Shown here: piece after piece, positions 1 to 8,356 of the stretch
Layout of the letters: each line of letters starts with the position of its first letter
Numbering within the stretch: position 1 is the first letter of the stretch
Assembly (NCBI GenBank): GCA_021325355.1
Contig: JAJPHI010000014.1
Coordinates: 1,129 to 65,128, forward strand
Reading direction: 5' to 3'
Length of the DNA stretch: 64,000 nt
Origin: Pseudomonadota bacterium
Lineage (GTDB): Bacteria > Desulfobacterota > Binatia > Binatales > Binataceae
Position numbers and translations under genes: made by a program
The notes under the pieces: model-generated
What the model was told of the DNA's origin: nothing
Database searches by the model: none
The model's input: only the letters and a program-made list of their open reading frames with translations

Positions 1-1
1 C

Positions 2-97
2 TCGCCCGGGGCCGCGCCCAGTCCGGCGACCAACAACGTGTTCGGCGCGGTCGGCAGCTTTTTCGGCAATCTCTTCGGCCATCATCCGGATCATTGA
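2..97 (+). CDS. 3' end of a gene truncated by the window edge, product unknown
   Basis: Open frame ...SPGAAPSPATNNVFGAVGSFFGNLFGHHPDH-stop (TGA 95-97) with GC-biased codons; the amphipathic tail recalls class A PBP C-termini but is too short to assign. Confidence 0.5.
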   Translation, partial: SPGAAPSPATNNVFGAVGSFFGNLFGHHPDH

Positions 98-136
98 AAT
101 TTTGCGCGGCGGCCCGTTTGCGTTATATTCGAGCTA

Positions 137-157
137 AGTCGATTTAATCGATAGACT
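137..157. promoter_or_regulatory. Imperfect palindrome, candidate Rrf2 autoregulatory operator
   Basis: AGTCGATTTAATCGATAGACT directly before the GTG start and downstream of a TTGCGC (102-107) / TATATT (124-129) promoter-like pair. Confidence 0.45.
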
Positions 158-631
158 GTGCTTTCGCACAAATCAAAATATGCGCTGAAGGCCGCACTGG
201 TGCTGGCCAAGGAATACGGCCAGGGACCCGTCCTTATCTCCGATATCGCCCAGCGCGAAGCTATCCCGCGCAAATTCCTCGAATTGATTCTCCTCGAACT
301 GCGCAATCGCGGGGTTCTCCAGAGCAAGAAGGGCAAGGGCGGCGGCTATTTCCTCGGCCGCCCGCCGAGCAAGGTCACCCTCGGTGAAATTCTTCGCGAT
401 ACCGAAGGCCCCCTCGCCCCGATTGGCTGCGTCAGCCAGTTCGCCTATGTCCGCTGCGAGGACTGTCGCGACGAACGCACCTGCGGCATCCGCATGGTGA
501 TGAAGGACGTGCGCGATGCGACCGCGCGCATCCTCGACAGCACCACCCTCGCCGACGTGTTGAAGCGGGTCGAGACCACCGTCAGCGGCGCCAGCCAGCG
601 CCCGCACAAGCTGCCTGCCGAATTCGCCTGA
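158..631 (+). CDS. Rrf2-family transcriptional regulator with Cys cluster (probable Fe-S ligands)
   Basis: YALKAA...IAQREAIPRKFLELIL...SKKGKGGGYFL wHTH; C-terminal CVSQFAYVRCEDC...C. Confidence 0.92.
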   Translation: MLSHKSKYALKAALVLAKEYGQGPVLISDIAQREAIPRKFLELILLELRNRGVLQSKKGKGGGYFLGRPPSKVTLGEILRDTEGPLAPIGCVSQFAYVRCEDCRDERTCGIRMVMKDVRDATARILDSTTLADVLKRVETTVSGASQRPHKLPAEFA

Positions 632-656
632 TAAGAGCCGTCGGCGCTCGCGCGCC

Positions 657-1427
657 TCAAAGCCCCCGTACGTGCTGGAGTTCCGGCGGTGCCGCGCCGA
701 ATTCCGCGCGCAACGCGGCATAGCTCGCGAGATCGTCAACCGTGCGAAAGAAACCCTGGTGGATGAACCCCTGCACCATCGCGCCGTCCGCTACCGCCGG
801 CGCCAGAACCTCCCGCACGAGACTGAAGGGCGCCGCGTCGGGAAGCATCGTCAGGATCCGCGGATCGCAGAGCATCACGCCGCAGAACATGTACGGGGCG
901 AGCGCCGCCGCGGGTGTTGACGGCGCGAAGTCATCGTATTCCCCACGCCGCCGCAGGAGCCGCATCCGGCCGATCCGACCGCTCGCGTCGGCTTCGATCC
1001 GGCTGTAGCCGTCGGGGTCAGTGCTCGCCCGCAGCACCATGGTGGCGAGCGCCCGACGGGCGCGATGCTGCTCGACGACCTGGTTCAGGTCCAGGTCGAT
1101 TATCGTATCGCCATTGATAATGAAGAACGGATCGTTCGCGAAGTAATCGCGCAGACCGAGCAGCGGACCGCCCGTCCCCGCCAGGATCGGCTCCGGCGCA
1201 TAGGTGATCGCGAGGCCGAGCGCCCCGCCGTCGCCGAGGGCCTGCTGCAGCCGCGCGCCCAGATGATGCAGGTTGATGGCGACGTCGCGGATGCCCGCCG
1301 TCCGCAGCATCGCGAGCGGATACTGAATCAACGGCCGCCCCCCGACTTCGAGCAGCGGCTTTGGCGTCGTCTCGGTCAAGGGCCGCAGGCGTTCGCCGTA
1401 ACCGGCCGCGAGTACCAGGGCTTTCAT
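657..1427 (-). CDS. murU: Nucleotidyltransferase, MurU-like (MurNAc-alpha-1-phosphate uridylyltransferase)
   Basis: MKALVLAAGYGERLRPLTETTPKPLL NTP-transferase motif; short with no hexapeptide domain; directly downstream of an amgK-like kinase. Confidence 0.75.
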   Translation of the reverse strand: MKALVLAAGYGERLRPLTETTPKPLLEVGGRPLIQYPLAMLRTAGIRDVAINLHHLGARLQQALGDGGALGLAITYAPEPILAGTGGPLLGLRDYFANDPFFIINGDTIIDLDLNQVVEQHRARRALATMVLRASTDPDGYSRIEADASGRIGRMRLLRRRGEYDDFAPSTPAAALAPYMFCGVMLCDPRILTMLPDAAPFSLVREVLAPAVADGAMVQGFIHQGFFRTVDDLASYAALRAEFGAAPPELQHVRGL

Positions 1428-1445
1428 CGGCCAGTTGCGCGCCGC

Positions 1446-2519
1446 TCAATCACCGAGCGCTGCCCGCAGCGCGCGAAAATCCGCGCGCTCACGCAAGATC
1501 CGGCGCGCCTGCCCGAGCGCGTACGGGATGTACTGGACATAACCGCGGCGGCCTTCGCCCTCGAGGTAAAGGAAGCGCCCGATCACCTTGAGCGCATGCT
1601 GCAGCACGCACAGCCGATAACTCTCGACGAAATCGTCGTAGGACATCGTGGCGGCCTGCCGCCGCACCTGCGCGCCGTAATAGTAATCGAGCACGCGCTG
1701 CTCGATCCGCGGCGTGAGCAGGCGTGAGGTATCTCGTGTGGTCAGCAGGACCGCCAAATCCTGCGCCGCCGGCGCCATCAGCGCGTCCTGGAAATCGATC
1801 ACGCGGATACGCGGTTCACCGCTGCGGAACTGCACGAAAAGATTGTGGCCGTGATAGTCGCGATGGGACAGCACGCGCGGCAGCCGGCCGAGGCGCGCCG
1901 CCAGGTAGTCAAGCTCGGCGCCGAGGGCGGCTTTATCGGCCCCGGGTCGCAGCGCCGATAGTCCGAACTCGAGAAACTGTTCGAGCTCCCAGCGGAACAG
2001 CCGTTCGTCGTAGGCAATCCGCGCCGGCAGCGCGTCAGGCGGAAGCTCGGCGGTGCCGCGCCCGTGAATCAGTATCAGTTGATCCACCGCGAGCCGGAAC
2101 AAATCGGCGGCATCGCCGCGCGCGGCGGCGTCGAACAGCGGCAGCTCGCCGACGTCTTCGACCAGCAGACGGCGCGTCGCGCAATCGGCGAAATAGACCT
2201 GCGGCACCGCCACGTTAATCGCGCTGAAGAAACGCTGCAGCGTCAGCCACGGCGGTTCGACGAGCGGCGTCGGCACGAGCTCGAGCGCGCGGGCGTAGAG
2301 CGGCAGGTCTTCCGGACCCAAATCGACAACGATTGCCGTCGCCGGAGGCGCGGCCGCCGCCGTCGGCAGAGCGGTCAAGGCGACCCGCCAGAAGCGCCGT
2401 CCCGAGGCGTCACCCTTAAGCGCCGTGAGATCCGACGGTTGAGCGCCGGCGAACGCTCGGGCGATCGCCATTCGCAGCCATGACATCAGGGCCGCGTCGT
2501 TATTGATCGTGTCCGCCAC
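1446..2519 (-). CDS. amgK: APH-family phosphotransferase, AmgK-like anomeric MurNAc/GlcNAc kinase
   Basis: GDASGRRFWR, HRDYHGHNL, IDFQDALM, LKVIGRF motifs; synteny with the murU-like gene. Confidence 0.78.
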   Translation of the reverse strand: MADTINNDAALMSWLRMAIARAFAGAQPSDLTALKGDASGRRFWRVALTALPTAAAAPPATAIVVDLGPEDLPLYARALELVPTPLVEPPWLTLQRFFSAINVAVPQVYFADCATRRLLVEDVGELPLFDAAARGDAADLFRLAVDQLILIHGRGTAELPPDALPARIAYDERLFRWELEQFLEFGLSALRPGADKAALGAELDYLAARLGRLPRVLSHRDYHGHNLFVQFRSGEPRIRVIDFQDALMAPAAQDLAVLLTTRDTSRLLTPRIEQRVLDYYYGAQVRRQAATMSYDDFVESYRLCVLQHALKVIGRFLYLEGEGRRGYVQYIPYALGQARRILRERADFRALRAALGD

Positions 2520-2626
2520 GGCTCGCGCAAAGTCTTGTCAAGCGATACCGGCCGGATCGGTCGGCGAAACTTGTTGATAGCCTCAAAATTTCTGTGGAGA
2601 GCTCAAGCATTCTCAATGGTGCTGGA

Positions 2627-2642
2627 TGTTTCACGTGAAACA
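2627..2642. other. parS: parS centromere-like site (ParB binding)
   Basis: Perfect palindrome TGTTTCACGTGAAACA matching the canonical chromosomal parS consensus; the palindrome extends to 2625-2644; intergenic, AT-richer segment. Confidence 0.9.
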
Positions 2643-2724
2643 TCGGCGGATTGTTTCACGCTTCAAACCATTCGTTGATCCGACTTGAAGTGTTTCAACG
2701 CGTTCCATTACTGGCTGATTACGC

Positions 2725-4737
2725 TCAAAGCTCTGCTGGCGCGTCGAGCCTCATCAGCTCCTCGTAAAGTTGCTCGATCTCCCGGCCGAGCCGCTCGTAC
2801 CCGGCGATAATCTCCGGCGCGTCCTTGCGCGTGAGGTAAAAGTTCGGATCGTTCATCGCTTCGCCGAGCGCCGCCCGCTCCGCTTCCTTGCTCTCAATCG
2901 AGCTTTCGATCTCGGTGCGGCGTTTGAGCGTCCGCGTGCGCGCGCGGTTCGACTCGCGATCGGACTGGTTCGGTGTTTTGCCCTTGGCGCCGTGAGGAGC
3001 CGCGCCATTGCGATAGCTGCCGGCGGCATTCATGACTGCAGGCTGCGGCGACGCGGGCTTTGACGGAACGATCGTCGCGGTCGTCGCGGGCTTGCCGTCC
3101 GCCGACGGTTTGGTGATCGCGTTCAGCCGCTCCTCTTCAGCCTTCCGCGCAAGGTAATCGTCATAGTTGCCGAGATAGCGGACGGCGTGGCCGCGCCCGA
3201 CCTCGATCACCTCGGTAACCAACTGATTGAGGATGTAGCGATCGTGACTGACGATCACGACCGTGCCCGGGAAGCGCCGCAGGGCTTCGAGCAGGCTCTC
3301 CTTGGCCACGATATCGAGGTTGTTGGTCGGCTCGTCGAGCAGCAGCACGTTGTTGCGATGGGCGAGCACCTTGGCGAGCGCGAGTCGCGCCCGCTCGCCG
3401 CCCGACAATACGCCGACGCGCTTGTTGACGTCGTCGCCGGAAAAGAGCATCGCGCCGAGCAGATTGCGGATTTCGGTGGTGGTCATGCCCTGCGCGCCGC
3501 TGCTCAATTCATCGAGAACGGTGCGCTGGTAGTCGAGGGCTTCGGCAAGGTTCTGGGCAAAGTAACCGATTTGCACGCGCTCACCGACCTCGCGCCGGCC
3601 GGCGGTAAGCTCGTCGATCCCGGCGAGGATCCGGATCATGGTCGATTTGCCGGCGCCGTTGGGACCGACCAGGGCGATCCGCGCGCCGCGCTCGACGAGC
3701 AGGCTCACGCCGTCATAGACCGTGAGCGTATCGTACCGCTTGACCGCCTGATGCAGCTCGACCACGCGGCGGGCGCTGCGCTCGGCCGTGGGGAAAACTA
3801 TCGACGGCGGCTTATCGAGGCCTACAGGCGGCTCGCGGCGCTCAATTTTTTCGAGCTGTTTGATGCGGCTCTGCACCAGCTTGGCCTTGCTCGCCTGGTA
3901 GCGAAAACGGCTGATGAACGCCTCCATGTGCTCGATTTCGCTGCGCTGCTTCTCGTAGGCCGCGAGCTCGGCCGCGCATCGCACGTCGCGCTCACGCAGA
4001 TAGTAGGAGTAGTTGCCGTGGTACTCGGTCAGCGCGCCGCGCGCCACCTCGACCGTGCGGGCCGTAACCCGATCGAGGAAGTAATGGTCGTGAGAAACCA
4101 GGATGATGCCGCCGGTGTAGTCATCGAGATAGTCCTCGAGCCAGTTGCGCGCCTCGATATCCAGATGGTTGGTCGGCTCGTCGAGCATCATGAAGTCCGG
4201 CCGGCGCAGCAGGAGCTTGGCGAGCCCGATGCGCATCCGGATACCGCCGGAGAACTCGGCAACGTCGCGCGCAAGGTCTTCTTCGCGAAAACCGAGCCCG
4301 AAGAGCACGGCGGTAGCGCGGCTTTCGGCGGTATAGAAGTCGTGCCGCTCCAGCTCGTGCAGCACGTCGCCGAGTTCGGTCAGTGCGGCGTCGTGTTCGG
4401 CGCGGCGTTTCTCATCGGCAAGGATCTGTTCGAGCTCGAGGCGGCGCGCGTCGATTTGCCGCATCTCGCTCAGCGCCGACAGGGTTTCGTCGAGCACCGA
4501 ACGCCCGCTCATCTCGGGTGCGTCCTGGGCCAGGTAACCGATGGTGGCGCGCTGCGGATAGCTGATGCGGCCGGCGTCCGGCTCAATCACGCCCGCGATC
4601 AGCTTGAGCAGGGTGGACTTGCCGGCGCCGTTGAGCCCGACCAGGCTGACGCGGCCGTCGTCGGGCATCGACCAGCTCACGGCGTCGAAGATGGCGCGGC
4701 CGCCGTAGAACTTGGTTATTTTGTCAAGACTCAGCAC
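2725..4737 (-). CDS. ABC-F family ATP-binding protein (Uup/YheS-like)
   Basis: Two ABC domains (GLNGAGKST, FSGG, LDEPTNHLD; GPNGAGKST, LSGGE, LDEPTNNLD), no TM segments, C-terminal coiled coil. Confidence 0.93.
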   Translation of the reverse strand: MLSLDKITKFYGGRAIFDAVSWSMPDDGRVSLVGLNGAGKSTLLKLIAGVIEPDAGRISYPQRATIGYLAQDAPEMSGRSVLDETLSALSEMRQIDARRLELEQILADEKRRAEHDAALTELGDVLHELERHDFYTAESRATAVLFGLGFREEDLARDVAEFSGGIRMRIGLAKLLLRRPDFMMLDEPTNHLDIEARNWLEDYLDDYTGGIILVSHDHYFLDRVTARTVEVARGALTEYHGNYSYYLRERDVRCAAELAAYEKQRSEIEHMEAFISRFRYQASKAKLVQSRIKQLEKIERREPPVGLDKPPSIVFPTAERSARRVVELHQAVKRYDTLTVYDGVSLLVERGARIALVGPNGAGKSTMIRILAGIDELTAGRREVGERVQIGYFAQNLAEALDYQRTVLDELSSGAQGMTTTEIRNLLGAMLFSGDDVNKRVGVLSGGERARLALAKVLAHRNNVLLLDEPTNNLDIVAKESLLEALRRFPGTVVIVSHDRYILNQLVTEVIEVGRGHAVRYLGNYDDYLARKAEEERLNAITKPSADGKPATTATIVPSKPASPQPAVMNAAGSYRNGAAPHGAKGKTPNQSDRESNRARTRTLKRRTEIESSIESKEAERAALGEAMNDPNFYLTRKDAPEIIAGYERLGREIEQLYEELMRLDAPAEL

Positions 4738-4895
4738 TTTGGTCCGAACGATGATGCTGTCTGATTTTTCCAGATGAGCGAGGGGGCGGGAAGCCGCGCC
4801 GACGGCGAACGGTGAAAAGTCGCCTTGCGCCGCGCCGCGGCATACGATTGATGAGAGCGACCGTCAGCGGCGGTCACGGGAGGGCGATCGGGACA

Positions 4896-5240
4896 ATGGC
4901 CATTGTCGAACCAGGAGATCGCGTGTTGGTCATCGATCGCAAGCTGTTCAAGGACGACAACGTGCGGATGTTCGTCGGCGTGGTCGAGGCGATTGAGGCG
5001 GGCGCGCTGCGCGCGAAGGGGTTTCCGTTCCATCTGAACCCGTACGAGATAACCGCGACCGAGCTGCCGCGCGATCCGCGCGTGCGCCTGGTTTCATTGA
5101 CGGCGGGCGAGCTGGTTTATCTGCTGCCGCGCGAAATCGATCTCGCGCGGCTGCAACTGCGGCGCTCGCCCAAGGCGCTAACCCTGACCGACGGACAACA
5201 CTTCGCGCTCGACCTCAGCGAATGGCTCGAGCGGCTCTAA
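4896..5240 (+). CDS. Hypothetical protein, about 114 aa
   Basis: ATG at 4896 in ORF 4812-5240; protein-like composition (MAIVEPGDRVLVIDRKLFKDDNVRMFVG...); fills the gap between ABC-F and the hydrolase. Confidence 0.7.
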   Translation: MAIVEPGDRVLVIDRKLFKDDNVRMFVGVVEAIEAGALRAKGFPFHLNPYEITATELPRDPRVRLVSLTAGELVYLLPREIDLARLQLRRSPKALTLTDGQHFALDLSEWLERL

Positions 5241-6107
5241 GCCGCGATAGGCACTGACGAACGCGATGATCGCCGCCGCCGTCTCGTGCGGATTATCGAG
5301 CGGCACATGATGATGCGCGCGGGGGATTTCGCGGAACTGCGAGTGGCGAATCTGACGGTGCATCCGGCGCGCCACGCGCGGTGACAGCAGGGCGCTGTGC
5401 TCGCCGCGCAGGATGAGCGTCGGCACCTTAATCTTCTTCAGCGGGAAGCGCAGATGCCGCTTCCATCCGGGCGTCATCCGGCGCGTGCGCGGATCGAAGC
5501 GGAAAGCCCAGGTGCCGTCGGCCAGTTGCTCGGCGCCTTTGAGCGCCAGCGCCGCCAGGTCATCCGCCGTGAGATTGTGACCGGGCGGCGAGAGTCGAAA
5601 CCTGCGGACCAAATCTTCGCGGGTCGCGAAGGTCGGCCGCCGCTGATGCTGACGGCGGCGTTTCCATCGCCACATCAGGCGCGTGCGCAGGGGCGGCCCG
5701 CCATGCGGCGCATCGACGACGACGAGACTGGCGACCAGCTCCGGACAATCGTAAGCCACGCGCTGGGTAATCTCACCGCCCATCGAATGGCCGACCAGGA
5801 CGACCGGGCGTTGGAGGTGATCGGCGAGAAAGCTCTTCAGGTCGGCGATATGATTGGCGGGACCGTAGACGGCGGCCCACTCGCTGCGGCCGTGGCCGCG
5901 GAAATCGAGCGCCAGCACGCGGCCGTGCGCCGTCAGCCGCGGCGCCACGCTGTCCCACCAATGGGCGTGGGCCGAGCCGCCGTGGCAGAGGACGAACAGG
6001 CGCGCCGGAGCGCCGCCCCAATCGAGATAATGCAGACGCAGACCGTTGATGTTCGCGTATTTGCTGGTCGGTCCCGTCGACGCGGTAACCGCCTCGCCGT
6101 CATACAT
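5178..6107 (-). CDS. Alpha/beta-fold hydrolase
   Basis: HGGSAH oxyanion motif, DFRGHGRS, nucleophile GHSMGG, C-terminal HHHVPLDNP; start uncertain. Confidence 0.9.
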   Translation of the reverse strand: MYDGEAVTASTGPTSKYANINGLRLHYLDWGGAPARLFVLCHGGSAHAHWWDSVAPRLTAHGRVLALDFRGHGRSEWAAVYGPANHIADLKSFLADHLQRPVVLVGHSMGGEITQRVAYDCPELVASLVVVDAPHGGPPLRTRLMWRWKRRRQHQRRPTFATREDLVRRFRLSPPGHNLTADDLAALALKGAEQLADGTWAFRFDPRTRRMTPGWKRHLRFPLKKIKVPTLILRGEHSALLSPRVARRMHRQIRHSQFREIPRAHHHVPLDNPHETAAAIIAFVSAYRGLEPLEPFAEVEREVLSVGQG

Positions 6108-6227
6108 GGGCGTATATCGTATTGACGGTGGCGGATGTTGCAAGGGCGGGGTGCGTTTATTTTCGAGGCTGACTCATGCTAACAACTTCTGCGGCCTCGC
6201 GAGACGAAGCTTTCAACGGAGCAGGTT

Positions 6228-7010
6228 ATGAGCCTCAGACTGGATGGGAAGAACGCATTGATCACGGGCGGCGCGAGCGGAATCGGACGGGCGACAGCAA
6301 TCCGTTTTGCGCAGGAAGGCGCCAACGTCTGTGTCGCCGACCGTCAGGCCGCGGCGGCCGAAACGGTGGCCGCCGAAGTGCGCAAGCTCGGGCGCAAGGC
6401 CTGCGCCGTCACGGTGGACGTGAGCAATCCGGCGCAGGTGCAGGCGATGGTCGACGGCGCGGCGCGCGAGCTCGGCGGGATCGATATCGTGCTGGCGGCG
6501 GCGGGAGTCTCGGCGGCCAATTACGGCGAAGGGCAGATCCAGCCGAAGTTTCTCAATGAGCTGCCGTTCGAGGAGTGGCGTAAGGTCCTGTCGATCAATC
6601 TGGACGGCGTCTTTCTGACGTGTCAGGCGGTGGCGCGCAAGATGATCGAGCAGGGGCGGGGCGGGCGCATTATCGCGATCTCGTCGGGCGCAGCGAAGAT
6701 CCCGCTGAAGGGTTCAGGCGACTACTGCGTCAGCAAGGCGGGGGTGTGGATGCTGATGAAGGTGATGGCGCTCGAATTGGGTCGTTACGGGATCACCGCC
6801 AACGCGATCGGGCCGGGCGTGATCGACACGCCGATGACCAAGGATATTCAGGCGAGCCGGCAGTTGGAGCGGATGATCCGCCGCACCCCGGTCGGACGTA
6901 TCGGGCGCCCTGAGGACGTGGCGAACACGGCGCTGTTTCTGGCGAGCGAGGAGGGCAGCTACTTCAGCGGCTCGATTCTGCATCCGGACGGCGGCGTGAT
7001 CATGCAATAA
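6228..7010 (+). CDS. Short-chain dehydrogenase/reductase
   Basis: TGGASGIG Rossmann motif; catalytic YCVSK; ANAIGPG. Confidence 0.93.
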   Translation: MSLRLDGKNALITGGASGIGRATAIRFAQEGANVCVADRQAAAAETVAAEVRKLGRKACAVTVDVSNPAQVQAMVDGAARELGGIDIVLAAAGVSAANYGEGQIQPKFLNELPFEEWRKVLSINLDGVFLTCQAVARKMIEQGRGGRIIAISSGAAKIPLKGSGDYCVSKAGVWMLMKVMALELGRYGITANAIGPGVIDTPMTKDIQASRQLERMIRRTPVGRIGRPEDVANTALFLASEEGSYFSGSILHPDGGVIMQ

Positions 7011-7018
7011 TACGGGCG

Positions 7019-7501
7019 ATGAGAGAACGGAATCGGCGCCCAGGCGCGCGGGTGGCAACCGTGATACTGGGCGCCTTGCTTTGCATCTATGGCGCTGCGG
7101 GCGTGGCGCTGGCGCAGGCGCCGGAAGCCGGCGCCGAGTTGAACGGGCCACCGCCGCCGCAGCCCCCACCGGCGGCAGAGGGTTCGGGGTCGCCGCCGCC
7201 GATCCATCGGGTGCCGTTGAATCAGCCGATCACCGGATCGCTGCTGGTGGCTCCGCCCTTCGGCACGGCGCCGCTCAAAGTGGGATTTTTCGCGCTGGCC
7301 AACGATCCGGACAATATCGGTTTCCTGACCTACCAGTGGAACTTCGGCGACGGCACGGTCTCGTCGCTGCCGCCGGAACTGTACATCTTTCACACCTACG
7401 CGAACCCGGGAAACTACGTCTGCACGTTGATCGTCAAGACGATCGATGGACGTCAGGCGACCTTCTTCCAGGGCGTGATCGTCAAGGAAGCGCCGAGTTG
7501 A
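7019..7501 (+). CDS. Secreted PKD-domain protein
   Basis: Signal peptide, Pro-rich linker, GTAPLKVGF...YQWNFGDGT...HTYANPGNY PKD signature. Confidence 0.85.
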   Translation: MRERNRRPGARVATVILGALLCIYGAAGVALAQAPEAGAELNGPPPPQPPPAAEGSGSPPPIHRVPLNQPITGSLLVAPPFGTAPLKVGFFALANDPDNIGFLTYQWNFGDGTVSSLPPELYIFHTYANPGNYVCTLIVKTIDGRQATFFQGVIVKEAPS

Positions 7502-7514
7502 GCGTGCGTCCGCG

Positions 7515-8234
7515 CTAGAACTTCTCCTTGAACGGGCGCAATTCGAGCTCCATCGACCAGGCGCTGCGGTCCTGATGCGCCAGGTGCCAGTAGGTTTCGG
7601 CGATGGCTTCGGGTTTGAGCAGGTCTTCGGGGTTGAGCTGCGGATAGCGCTCGCGCACGCGGGGGATATCGATGCCGCCGTCGATATTGATCCAGGCCAC
7701 ATGGATACCCTTGGGGCCGAGGTCGCGGGCGAGCGACTGGGCCAGACCGCGCATCGCGAACTTGGCCGGGCCGAAGGAAATCGAACGGGGACCGGCCTTG
7801 ACGCCGGCCGTCGCCCCGGTAAACAGCATCACGCCGCGACCCTTCGCAATCATCGCGGGGGCGACCTCTTTGGCGCAGAGGAAAGCGCCGAAGGCGTTGA
7901 CGCGCCAGGCCGCTTCGTACTGCTCGGGCGTGACCTCGGTGATGGTTCCCCAGGTGCCGCTGCCGGCGTTGTAGAGCAGAAGGTCGGGGTCGCCGAGACG
8001 GCTGCGGATCGCGGTGAAGGCGGCGGCGACCTGGTCGGCGACGCCGATATCGGTCGGCACTTCGAGGACGTTCGCACCGTTAGCGCGAAGCTCGTCGCCG
8101 AGTTCGCGCAGGTAGGCGGCGTTGCGCGCGAGCAGGGCGATTCTGTAGCTCGCGGCGAAGCGTCGGGCGAGCGCCGCGCCGGTTCCGGGTCCGACTCCTA
8201 CCACTACTGCGGTTGCGCTTGTTTGATTGGACAT
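7515..8234 (-). CDS. Short-chain dehydrogenase/reductase (atypical, Phe at the usual catalytic Tyr position)
   Basis: VGVGPGTG, YNAG, FTGATA, FGPAKFAMRGLAQSLAR; GGAGG RBS upstream of ATG 8234. Confidence 0.9.
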   Translation of the reverse strand: MSNQTSATAVVVGVGPGTGAALARRFAASYRIALLARNAAYLRELGDELRANGANVLEVPTDIGVADQVAAAFTAIRSRLGDPDLLLYNAGSGTWGTITEVTPEQYEAAWRVNAFGAFLCAKEVAPAMIAKGRGVMLFTGATAGVKAGPRSISFGPAKFAMRGLAQSLARDLGPKGIHVAWINIDGGIDIPRVRERYPQLNPEDLLKPEAIAETYWHLAHQDRSAWSMELELRPFKEKF

Positions 8235-8356
8235 GGTGGCGCCTCCTGCGCTGCTGTCCACTGTTTATTGCCGCGCGGGACGCGGAGCAAGCGCGGCGAC
8301 GACCGCGAGCTTGACTGTGAGGGCGCCATCGGGTTTGTTGCTTGCGCTACCCAGCT

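Noticed and set aside
2520..2724. Calling this intergenic region oriC itself
   Set aside because: Only two degenerate DnaA-box-like 9-mers with two mismatches each, no clear unwinding element, and no dnaA/dnaN nearby
3187..4764. 525-aa plus-strand ORF
   Set aside because: Antisense shadow of the ABC-F gene; long shadow ORFs are expected at this GC content and it shows no motifs
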